Assembly: GCA_949358305.1 (NCBI GenBank)
Contig: OX442314.1
Location: 186,001 to 250,000, forward strand
Source: Strigamia acuminata
Lineage: Eukaryota
Direction of reading: 5' to 3'
DNA: 64,000 nucleotides
The number at the start of each line of letters is the position of its first letter. The first letter of the stretch is position 1. Below the pieces are notes generated by a model. The model ran no database searches and had not been told where the DNA came from. It was given only the letters and a program-made list of their open reading frames with translations. Shown here piece by piece: positions 1-10,384 of the stretch. Both the position numbers and the translations under genes were made by a program.

Positions 1-713
1 TGACATGTGATCAGAGGTGACTTGTTCTGTCAAGACACTTTGAACAGAGAGAATAATTTTCGCCTTCGACTAGTCAACATCTCCTGTCTTAACTAGGAAG
101 ATTTCCAAGTGCGATTTATGTTGCGTCTCAACGCATACGGTCATTATGCAGCCCGAATTCTCATGGTTGGCTATCTAACCACTACATTTATTATTTGCCC
201 ATTATTTGCGTACAAATTACTGGAAAAACGGCGTATTCGACGGTCTTAATTCGTCAATACATTTTATGCCACGACTGTGACTTCCTCCTCAGCCTAGACA
301 TTTTGAACTCATACTCGTCTCAATTGCGTATTCATTTCATTATCGACGGTTCGACGACGTTGTCTGCGGTTTGGTACCTGTTTGCGCGTTCACCCAACGT
401 TTGCGCGTGTTCAGGAGAAGAAACATACTCTTCGTAAGTACGCCTAGCATGTGACGACATTTTCCCTAGTGAAGAGCGATATTTTGGTCTTAATTCGAAA
501 TATCAACGTTCGCCATTTTGTACGGCGCCCGAATTGAATCCTGCACCCATATAAAACAGATTTCACGAATAGACGCTGTCTTAACCTAGCTACCACCCCC
601 GGCAAAGTTTTAAGAGTTGCAGCGCCTGCGAACCTAAATTTTCTGGTTATCACAATCCCTGGAAATTCTTAAATTTCCGAAACCATTGTTAAAAAGTCGA
701 CTACGACGTGACA

Positions 714-890
714 AGTTGATCAACGACTTTGGACCCTGAAGGAGTGGGCAACCTATGCTCAAATTTTTTATTTTTTTTTCAAAAAAACTTAGAAAATTTT
801 GAAAAAAAATTTAGAAAAATTTACAACAAAGCGATCTTAGGCCAAGAAAGGACAAGAAAGGACAAGAAAGGACAAAAAAGGACACAGATG
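714..890 (+). repeat. Short diverged direct copy of the putative Polinton left terminus
   Basis: AGTTGATCAACGACTTTGGACCCTGAAGGAGTGGG...TACAACAAAGCGATCTTAGG is repeated at 1838-1986; followed by only ~4 units of the AGGACAAGAA array. Confidence 0.75.
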
Positions 891-1039
891 GATTTCAGGA
901 GCATAAAAAAAAATGATGCTTATCCTTCAATTTTTTTTTCACAAATGAAGAGATATTTAATTGCGTGATGTTATAAGGTACCAAACCGGTTCAAACTGGT
1001 TTCTAATTGAATTTTCTTAAAGGTCACATCACGGGTATA

Positions 1040-1808
1040 CAGGGTGTCTCGCCGAACACCTACCAGGTGAATTATTTCATAATCATGTTAAATCAAAAAA
1101 ACTTTTGATTATGAATTGAAGTAAATGACATGTGACGAATTCAATGAAACATGTTAAATTCATGTGACATTGTTGCATCACTGTTTTGCAACTTGTAACT
1201 TTTAAACCAACAATGGTACGCAAAAAATGTCAATTGCAAAGTTGTAGAGAACCATCTAATTAGTCTAGAACTGTTCTTAAAAAAATTATCTCTTACTGAA
1301 AAGTTTTGAGAAAAAAAGGTTTGAAATGTTAGTTTACTCAGCTTTATAACCTAAAACTATCATGTGGAATGTATTCCCAAAATAAATTATTTTCTTTCTT
1401 TTGTGTTTCCTCTCTATTACTTACAAGTATGACCCAATAAAGTGTCCTAATTGAGGATTAGCTTGGTTGCCCCAATAGTTTTAGGTTACAAAGCTGAGTT
1501 ACAAAGCTGAGTAGACCAATGTTTCAAACCTTTTTTTCTCAAAACTTTTCAGTAAAAGATTATTTTTTTAAGAACAGTTCTAGACTAATTAGATGGTTCT
1601 CTACAACTTTGCAATTGACATTTTTTGCGTAGCATTGTTGGTTTAAAAGTTACGAGTTGCAAAACAGTGATGCAACAATGTCACATGAATTTAACATGTT
1701 TCATTGAATTCGTCACATGTCATTTACTTCAATTCATAATCAAACGTTTTTTTGAATTAACATGATTATGAAATAATTCACCTGGTAGGTGTTCGGCGAG
1801 ACACCCTG
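1040..1808. mobile_element. Non-autonomous Tc1/mariner-type MITE with long (~320 bp) terminal inverted repeats
   Basis: Begins CAGGGTGTCTCGCCGAACACC and ends GGTGTTCGGCGAGACACCCTG; TA on both sides (1038-1039, 1809-1810); arms are reverse complements; no ORF. Confidence 0.85.
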
Positions 1809-1980
1809 TATAAGGAGTGACAAATCAGAATTTTTTCAGTTGATCAACGACTTTGGACCCTGAAGGAGTGGGTAACCTATGCTCAAATTTTCAGAATTTT
1901 CAAAAAAAAAAACTTAAAAAAATTTTGAAAAAAAAAAAATTTTGAAAAAAAAACTTTGAAAAATTTACAACAAAGCGATC

Positions 1981-2420
1981 TTAGGACAAGATAGGACAAG
2001 ACAGGACAAGATAGGACAAGAAAAGGCAAGATAGGACAAGACAGGACAAGAAAAGGCAAGATAGGACAAGATAGGACAAGACAGGACAAGACAGGACAAG
2101 AAAAAGCAAGATAGGACAAGACAGGACAAGAAAAGGCAAGACAGGACAAGACGGGACAAGAAAAGGCAAGATAGGACAAGACAGGACAAGAAAAGGCAAG
2201 ATAGGACAAGACAGGACAAGAAAAGGCAAGATAGGACAAGATAGGACAAGACAGGACAAGACAGGACAAGAAAAAGCAAGATAGGACAAGACAGGACAAG
2301 AAAAGGCAAGACAGGACAAGACGGGACAAGAAAAGGCAAGACAGGACAAGACGGGACAAGAAAAGGCAAGATAGGACAAGACGGAACAAGACAGGACAAG
2401 AAAAGACAAGATAGGACAAG
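1981..2420 (+). repeat. Tandem array of ~44 variant 10-bp units (ATAGGACAAG/ACAGGACAAG/AAAAGGCAAG/ACGGGACAAG) in the putative Polinton terminal region
   Basis: Directly visible 10-bp periodicity; purine-rich + strand. Confidence 0.95.
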
Positions 2421-2737
2421 ATTTTCAAGGTAAGCAAGAGTCAGAAGTGACTGAAGTGACGGAACTAATGATGTCGGCCAGCTGATGGTACGGCTGACTT
2501 AGCTCTGGCATTCAGCTGATGTGAGTTAATTGAGCGGTTGCTGATTTGTGGCTGCTGCTGGTTGAATTGTCTGCGCCCACGGGCCAAATGACTAAAAGGG
2601 TGGTTTGTTGTTTGTTTGTTTGATCAGTCAGGCTATCCAAGTCGGCCAGTGAATGGCTCGGCGGGCTTAGCTCTGGCATCATGCTTAGTGTTTGTTTAAT
2701 TTTTTTTTATTTCTTAAATTATTTTTATATAAAAAAA

Positions 2738-5700
2738 ATGAAATCCATTTAGATTCATTCAGTGCTCAGGATGAATAGATACAAAGTCAAGAAATGCGTA
2801 GAGTTTTTAAAAGGAAAAAGAGAAAATGGACATTTATCTAAGGATTTCAAGTTAAAGATCAAGTTAGAACAACTCTTGGCAAAATGCCGAGAATATGATG
2901 ATTTTGTGAACATCGAGCCTCGGCCGTATTATCTTTATAAAAATATCTTTGACGGACAAGTGCTTGACTACTTTGTCGAATTCGACGAAAGGATTTTTGA
3001 CATAGAAGACGTGATGAAAGACGCCACTCCAAATATCCGTGCATTGGCAGCAGAAGTTGCAGCCAGCATGAATTCGTGCAAAGTGAGCGTTATGATGCTA
3101 TTGAGATATCGGCATTCCCTGAAGACGTCGACTGATCAACATCATTGGTACCGGGCCGATCCGTTCGTGATGCATTCGGACGATGTTGACCACATTCTGG
3201 ATTCAGCTGCGAAACAACTGGCCATACAAAATGCCGAATTTGTCGAAACTCACGACTATTTATATTACCTTTGTGTGAACGAGATTAAAATTGGTTTTGC
3301 TGCTTTACACCAGAAAGGTGGATGGTACAAAGATGTTCCGTCATTTCCGTTGAGTTTGAACAACGATTTGCCAGCCGTCATTCGCAATAAGAAAGCGGTG
3401 TTAACATTTAAAATTGAGTTGCAAAAGTCCTTTGTTTGGGCTGTTCTTGCATCTATACATCCTGTAGCCAATAATGCCGAACGCATATCTAATTATTTGA
3501 AGTATGAGAACGAATTGAACTTACAAGGCTTTGAATTTCTGTTGACTTACAGAAACGTAGAAAAATTCCAGTCGCAGAATCCAGATATCGAAGTGACTAT
3601 TTATTTTTGGGTCAGCAATTGTGTGCAAAGATATTTGACTGTACACAGAAACAGGAAACATCACGTCGATCTATTCTTCTACGGTAACAACTGCTACGGA
3701 CTTGTGAGGAATCTAAAACGTTTGCTCGGTTATTTTCCATGTCACTACTGCGATAACCAATTCAAGAGCATTGTGGGCAGAGACAAACACCTGACAGTAT
3801 TCCACGCCGTTCCCGAAGAAGAAGAATCATCCTATCAGGAACTGGATGAACATCTGCGCAGTAAAAAGGCCGTCATAAATGTCCAGAACTCTGATCAAAA
3901 AAGTTTTTTGTGGTCCGTATTGGCTGCCTTGTATCCGGCGCCCGACCATGTTAGCAGAGTGGGTTATTACGTACAGTTTATGGACAAACTCAATCTCAAA
4001 GGGCTAGTTTTTCCCGTGGGGCCGAAAGGAGTGCTTACATTCGAAAGACGAAATGTAAGTTTGAACATTAATGTATTTGAGTTGCTGCCCACGTCACGGA
4101 TTGTTCCGATAAAAGTGGATATTCAGACGAACCGCCTTACCACTATTAATCTACTGAAGAAACAAAATCATTACATGTGGATCAAGGATTTCTCACGACT
4201 CATGAGCGTCGGTGATGGCAACAAGCGGTATTATTGCATGAACTGTATGAATGGGTATTCCAGCGCCAAAGTGCTCGTTAAACATAAACATTACTGCGGA
4301 AAAAACACTCCTTCCGCCACTAAATGTCCTAAAGAAGGAACAATCTGTACGTTCAAGAGTGAGAAAAAAAAATATCCTATACCGTACGTTTGCTACGCTG
4401 ATTTTGAGGCATTCTTAGTGCCTGATGTGGAGACCGAACCCACTTTACATTCGGACACCATTAATTCTCACGTTCCATGTGGTTATTCTTTTAAAGTGGT
4501 GTGCACGGAGAACGAAGCTTATTCCAGACCGTTACAGCTGTACAGAGGTCCGGATGCCGTCGATCATTTTTTGCAATCGTTGCGTGCAGAAATTAAAGCC
4601 GTGGTTTGTCAATTTTCTCAATTGGAAACACAATTTGATACCAAAATGATGACTCCGCTTCAATGGAACGAGTATAGAAATGCAACAACGTGTTTCTTAT
4701 GCGGTGGCGAGTTCTCCGAAGATGAAGGTTGGACTAAAGTCTTGGATCACAACCATTTCACCGGAAGGTTTCGCGGAGCTGCACACGGCAAATGTAACCT
4801 TAACTACCATTGGCGGAGATCTGTGCCGGTAGTTTTCCACAATGGAAAAAGGTATAATTTTCATTTGATATTTTCACATTTGACCGTCGAGACAGAAAAA
4901 GTGACCGTCATTGCCGAAAACTCGGAACTATACAAATCATTCACGCTGAGAATCAATACCAGCGATGATCCAAAAGTGCCCCGTTACGTAACGTTAAAGT
5001 TTTTGGATAGTTTCCAATTTCTCGCGAGCAGTTTATCCAATTTGGCAAAAAAATTAGAGAAGTCACAGTTTGTTGTCTTTCGAAGCGAGTTTAAGGGCGA
5101 GGAAATTGATTTTCTGTTGAGGAAAGGAGTATACCCTTACAGATATATGACCGGTTGGTCAAAATTTCAAGAAGATAAACTTCCGCCGATAGAAGAATTT
5201 GAGAACATATCCGCTGACGAATACCAATATGCTCAGTTAGTTTGGAAAACGTTGGGAATTAAAGACATGGGCGAATATCACGATTTATATCTGAAGACTG
5301 ATACTCTGTTGTTGGCGGATATATTCGAGCAGTTTAGGAAAATGTGTTTGAATCACTACAAGCTGGACCCCTGTCATTATATCACGTTTCCGAGTCTGTC
5401 TTGGGACGCAGCACTGCTCATCACCAAAGTTAAATTGGAGCTTCTGTCTGATCCAGATATGTACGTTTGTCGAACAAGGAATAAGAGGCGGTGTTGCCAC
5501 AATCAGTCAACGCTATGCCAAAGCTAATAACCCTCTTCTGGCATCAGGATACGATTGTGAGAAACCAGAGAGTTACATTGTCTATTTGGATGCGAATTCC
5601 ATGTATTCCTGGGCAATGAGCAAACCGTTACCCGTTGGCAACTTTGCCTTCGACGATAATTTAGCCGAATGGACGCAAGAAAGGATTTTGAAAATGGGAG

Positions 5701-6782
5701 AGAACGATACGATGGGATGCATCTTGGAAGTGGATTTGGGATATCCGCAAGAACTGCACTTGACCCACAATTGTCTGCCTTTGGCTCCGGAAATGATACG
5801 TTCAGCGGACGACATTTGCCCCAGATTAATCCCGCATTTGCAAGGTCGTTGTAATTACATTCTGCATTACAGAGCTCTGCAATTGTACTTGTCCTTGGGC
5901 ATGACGTTGATGAAAATAAAAGGAGTGCTGACGTTTGAGCAAAAACCATGGCTGGCCAAGTATATCGAACTGAATATTGAGAAACGGAAGTCCGCTACCA
6001 GTGATTTTGAGCAGGAATTGACGAAATTAGCTAACAATTCGGTATTTGGAAAAACTCTGCAAGACGTGAGAAAATATAGACAATTTTATCTGGTGAATAA
6101 TCAGAAAGACTTTGATAAACACCTCAACTACGCCGGTTTCAAAGGATATAAAGCTTTTACTAGTGGTCTGATGTTGGTTGAACGTCGAAAGCTGGAATTG
6201 ACGTTAGACAAACCTATTTACAGCGGTTTAACTATCCTGGACTTGTCTAAATGCTTGCTATATGACTTTCATTACAACGTCATGAAAAAAAAATTCTCAG
6301 ACAAGCTGAGATTGCTGATGACGGATACGGATAGTCTGATGTATGAAATAGAAGCTCCTTCGGTCTACTCGTTCTTTAGAGAAGAAATACCAGAAGTGAT
6401 GGATCTGTCTAATTACGACCCACCCGATGGCAGAAACAGGCGTGTCATAGGATGCTTTAAAGACGAGACTGCCGGCGAGCCGATAGAAGAGTTTGTAGGG
6501 CTAAGAGCCAAATGTTACGCTTATAACGTGAACGGAAAAACGAGCATGCGGTGTAAAGGCATAAAGAAGGCCGTTGTGGAGCAAGAGCTGGACTTGGAGG
6601 CGTACAAGAAGATATTGTTCGGAGAACGGGAGGCCCACAGATTGAAATTTGAAACGATCAAATCAAAACTGCACGAACTCACAACGGTCAAGGTGGACAA
6701 ATTGGCATTGTCGGCGAAAGACAAGAAGCGAGTGATATTAGAAGATTGTATTCATACCAAGGCTTATGGTTATGTTGATTAA
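2738..6782 (+). pseudogene. Protein-primed family B DNA polymerase (pPolB) with a duplicated N-terminal module and an endonuclease VII-like insert; frameshifted
   Basis: ExoI YADFEA, DHNHFTGRFRGAAHGKCNL, LLRKGVYPY, YLDANSMY, KLANNSVFGK, MTDTDS, EFVGLRAKCY. A frameshift at ~5465 (DPDMY/FVEQGIRGG) joins ORFs 2762-5527 and 5586-6782. In-frame upstream ATG at 2738 is followed by TAG at 2750. Confidence 0.93.
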
Positions 6783-6786
6783 AATT

Positions 6787-8709
6787 TTAATTATTAAATA
6801 AATTAAAGTGAATAAATACTTGATACGTTCCTGGTATTTTACCAACTTCCTCAGCTTGCCCTAAAACTTTGAGCATTTCTTTAGCTTTTATTTCTACCGG
6901 AGGATCGCAAACAAAATTCTGGAGTATCTTACTTTCTTCGAGGACAATGTCAGCAATCTCAACATAGTCAGGTAAGCCATCCACCAAAGTCAAATAACCA
7001 ATTGTTATGTTTCTAATGCCAACTTCTGAATATACTTCAGCTGAATGCATGTTGTGCAACATAATATCTATTTTTGTAATTTCACATCTTCTAAATGTTG
7101 TAAAAACTGATGTTTCTTTATCATCATAAGAAAACCGTACATTTCCATCTTCACTGGGTGGTAGATAATTTTCAAATTTCACAATATATTTATCAACTTG
7201 TATAACTTCTTTAAATACAACATTTATAATGTCTTCTATTTCGGCTTTATTTTTATCTATGTCTGCTCTAATTTGCTCAGTGCCTTCTTTTTGTATTGTC
7301 TGTTTGATGTGTTCTATTTTTGCATTCATTTCAGCCTTATGTGCTTCTAGCATTGCTTTAATTTGCTCATCATCATCCTGTAAACCCTGTTTGATCTGCT
7401 CTATTTTTGCAACTATTTCAGCCTTATATAGATCTAGCATTGCTTTAATTTGCTCATCATCCTCTAAACTCTGTTTGATGGATTCTATTTCTGCAGCCAT
7501 TTCAGCCTTATATTTATCTAGCATTGCTTTAATTTGCCCATCATCTTGTAAACTCTGCTTGATGCGCTCTATTTCTGCAGCCATTACTAGCATTGCTTTA
7601 ATTTTCACATCATACTGTAAACTCTGTTTGATGTGCTCTATTTCTTCAGCCATTTCAGCCTTAAATGCTTCTAGCATTGCTTTAATTTGCTCATTGTCCT
7701 GTAAACTCTGTTTGATGTCCTCTATTTCTGCAGTCATTTCAAACTTATATGCTTCTAGCATTGCTTTAATTTGCTCATTGTTCTGTAAACTATATTTGAT
7801 GGTTTCTATTTTTATAGCCATTTCAGTCTTAAGTGCAACTAGCATTGCTTTAATTTGCCCATCATCCTGAAAACTCTGTTTGATGAATTCTATTTTTGCA
7901 ATCATTTCAGCCTCATGTGCATCTAGCATTGCTTTAACTTGCTCATCATCTTGTAAACTCTGTTTGTTGCGCTCTATTTCTGCAACCATTTCAGCCTTAT
8001 ATGCATCTAGCATTGCTTTAATTTGCTCATCATCCTGTAAACTCTGTTTGTTGCGCTCTATTTCTGCACTCATTTCAGCCTTATGTGCATCTAACATTGC
8101 TTTAATTTGCTCATCATCCTGTAAACTCTGTTTGATGCGTTCTATTTCTGCAACCATTTCAGCCTTATGGGCATCTAGCATTGCTTTAATTTGCTCATCA
8201 TCCTGTAAACTCTGTTTGATCTGCTCTATTTCTGCAGTCATTTCAGCCTTATGTACATCTATGCTCGCTTTAACTCGCTCATCGTCTTGTAAACTCTGTT
8301 TGATGCGTTCTATTTCTGCAGTCATTTCAGCCTTTATTTGTCCATCATCCTGTAAACTCTGTTTGATGTGCTCTATTTCCACAGCCATTTCTGCCTTATG
8401 TGCATCTATGTTTGCTTTAACTCGGACATCGTCCTGTAAACTTTGTTTAATATGGTCGTCGACTCGAGATTTCATATCTTCCATAAGCACAGCAGAACCT
8501 GCAGCTGCCGGGTTTGGTATTCCAACGTTAAAATCTTTTTTTAGTTGTGCGATTTCGTTTCTGTGGCCAAACACCATTCGCCTAACCTGTTCGTGTTCAT
8601 CATCCGTTAAATTACTTCCGTCTCGTTTGGCAATTTTTCGTGGGGTCAATCCAAATCTGTGCACTGGATTTAAGTAGAAGTCGTCTCTCGCCTTATTAAC
8701 GCTCCCCAT
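6787..8709 (-). CDS. Polinton protein with ~14 tandem 28-aa coiled-coil repeats and a non-repetitive C-terminal domain (function unknown; possible fibre)
   Basis: Open 640-codon frame from ATG 8709 (MGSVNK); repeat IKQSLQDDEQIKAMLDAHKAEMxAEIER (84 bp) at ~7250-8450. Confidence 0.8.
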   Translation of the reverse strand: MGSVNKARDDFYLNPVHRFGLTPRKIAKRDGSNLTDDEHEQVRRMVFGHRNEIAQLKKDFNVGIPNPAAAGSAVLMEDMKSRVDDHIKQSLQDDVRVKANIDAHKAEMAVEIEHIKQSLQDDGQIKAEMTAEIERIKQSLQDDERVKASIDVHKAEMTAEIEQIKQSLQDDEQIKAMLDAHKAEMVAEIERIKQSLQDDEQIKAMLDAHKAEMSAEIERNKQSLQDDEQIKAMLDAYKAEMVAEIERNKQSLQDDEQVKAMLDAHEAEMIAKIEFIKQSFQDDGQIKAMLVALKTEMAIKIETIKYSLQNNEQIKAMLEAYKFEMTAEIEDIKQSLQDNEQIKAMLEAFKAEMAEEIEHIKQSLQYDVKIKAMLVMAAEIERIKQSLQDDGQIKAMLDKYKAEMAAEIESIKQSLEDDEQIKAMLDLYKAEIVAKIEQIKQGLQDDDEQIKAMLEAHKAEMNAKIEHIKQTIQKEGTEQIRADIDKNKAEIEDIINVVFKEVIQVDKYIVKFENYLPPSEDGNVRFSYDDKETSVFTTFRRCEITKIDIMLHNMHSAEVYSEVGIRNITIGYLTLVDGLPDYVEIADIVLEESKILQNFVCDPPVEIKAKEMLKVLGQAEEVGKIPGTYQVFIHFNLFNN

Positions 8710-9047
8710 TTTTTTAATACGAATAAACACAAATGTCCGCACGTGACTTCGTCAAACGATTGATATTGATAAACGTTATATTTTATATTGTTTCCCAGGT
8801 AATGGTACAATTCAATAGGAGGCGGAAGATCGCCGAAACTATTGAAGTATAATTTATCTCGCTTATTTTTAGCGTACGCCACCCAATGGCTACCACTTTG
8901 CAGATGCTTATTCAAATTAACAATCCCGCATTCGAAGGGTCTGGCTTTGACGGGCAATGTGTCTCTGGAGAACACGCCTCTGAAGAATGGAATATTCATT
9001 TGTCTAGCCAATTTGCCCAATTGCAGGGAATCCAGTGGTTGAATCAT
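8670..9047 (-). CDS. Adenain-like cysteine maturation protease (Polinton PRO)
   Basis: FRGVFSRD, IVNL...GSHWVAY, YFNSFG, YQ...TCGHLCL; ATG at 9047 overlaps the upstream TGA (ATGA). Confidence 0.88.
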   Translation of the reverse strand: MIQPLDSLQLGKLARQMNIPFFRGVFSRDTLPVKARPFECGIVNLNKHLQSGSHWVAYAKNKRDKLYFNSFGDLPPPIELYHYLGNNIKYNVYQYQSFDEVTCGHLCLFVLKKWGALIRRETTST

Positions 9048-9524
9048 TGCCCCATCTTTCCCGCCGCCGACGAGCCGTACGGTTTCAAGTAGAAACCTTT
9101 TCCAGTTTTGCGTATCCGTAATTTTTTTTTTTAACGACTGTCGTAGACCTTTGCCTTCAGTGGCTAAATTGTGGCGCTTGGCTTCATCGACCATTTCCTT
9201 ATTTGTTTTCGCCGAGTCTACGGCTTTAGCGATCCCTGCCGCACCCCCAGCCAGTCCTCCCAATGCCCCCAATAATGGAAGCAGTAATGGAAAGAATCCA
9301 CCAGTTTGTCTAACCTGTTTCGTAGGTATGCTTAGAGTCATTCCTTTCTTTTTAGAACCGGCCTTTTTTATCTTATTTATCTGTCTATCAGTAAGAGACA
9401 AGCCATGATTGCCGTTAAGTTGTTTATACTTCAATCTTAAATGTAGGGGTATCTTTTTTTTCATGGATTTGGATACCTTTCGTTGCTGATTGGGGGTTAA
9501 CGCTACCTTATGTATTTTATACAT
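9044..9524 (-). CDS. Basic core/membrane-active virion protein with GGF(F/L)P hydrophobic segment (adenovirus pX/pVI-like motif), frameshifted in an A11 run
   Basis: Lys-rich N-terminus, QTGGFFPLLLPLLGALGGLAGGAAGIAKAV; removing one A from the run at 9122-9132 restores ...KTGKGFYLKPY...GQ* ending at 9044. Confidence 0.7.
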
Positions 9525-9543
9525 CTCTTATTTTTTTATAACT

Positions 9544-10384
9544 TTAATATAACACTTCGATTTTGCCTTTGTCCAATTTCATATTCATCAATCTGTCGCC
9601 TATTATCAAAGCGTAGGCTTTAGTATTGGCCGGGACTGCCGTTTCAAATTTCATTTTTATTTGCACGTCGATTATGCCGGTTTTCAGCCTCTCGCTCTGT
9701 TTCGAGCAATCGATCACGATCAGCGGGTAAAGTTTCGCATAATCCCACGCGTTGAACATTATATCGGATGCGCCGTAATAATCTTTCCTGAATTGGATGC
9801 ACGATCCAGAAACCTACTGAAATTGCTATTTTCAAAGTTCTCGTTCGAGTCTAGATAGGGATACCGCTCGGAGTTCAGGTACGCGTGAACTTCGTTGACT
9901 TTAACGGTGTCGAATACTGCCGTATTTTTGGTTTGGTAGTTTCTTTTATCGGTCTGAAATCCGACAATGATGTACCGCGGTTTTTCGGAAGTGCTGGTGG
10001 TTACCACTCGCCAGGCATGCTCCGTGGTTTGCGGCAAGTCCGACATTTCGAACGACCAATGACGAAACGCTAAGGGAATATTCACGCCTTTATCCATGGC
10101 TGTGAGAAGTCGACTCTTTTGCACGTCGGATGGAATAACGTGCGGCATCAACCAGTACAGTTGTTGGAGAACTATTTTACCTCCGGGTATGGCTTGTGCG
10201 GCTCCAGCCACGGTTTTGGACGCGGCTTTAAAAATGGCATCATCGTTGTGCGTTCTCATCAAAGTTAATACTTGTTTCGCGCCGTAAATGACTTTGTTAT
10301 AGTCTTCGAAAAAACCCATCAGATGGGTCAGTGGCACTAACAACGAAAAGGTACCGTGCTTTTTTGGCAACAAGTTGTATAACC
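9544..10384 (-). pseudogene. Polinton major capsid protein (double jelly-roll), C-terminal part
   Basis: VPLTHLMGFFEDYNKVI, EKPRYIIVGFQT, YLNSERYPY, PLIVIDCSKQSERLK; frameshift at ~9800; cut at 10384 by an LTR element. Confidence 0.88.

Noticed and set aside
1..713. Possible LTR end (TGACA at 709-713) or gene
   Set aside because: No partner LTR, TSD or recognisable protein within the window.
1883..2437. ORFs in three frames rich in LSC/LVL
   Set aside because: Artefact of the stop-free 10-bp tandem array.
7229..8677. Cys/Ser-rich + strand ORFs
   Set aside because: Antisense shadows of the 28-aa repeat gene.
8670..9524. 284-aa novel core-protein/protease fusion
   Set aside because: Depends on one base in an A11 run; the alternative frame restores GKGFYLKPY and an ATGA overlap, so two genes is more likely.
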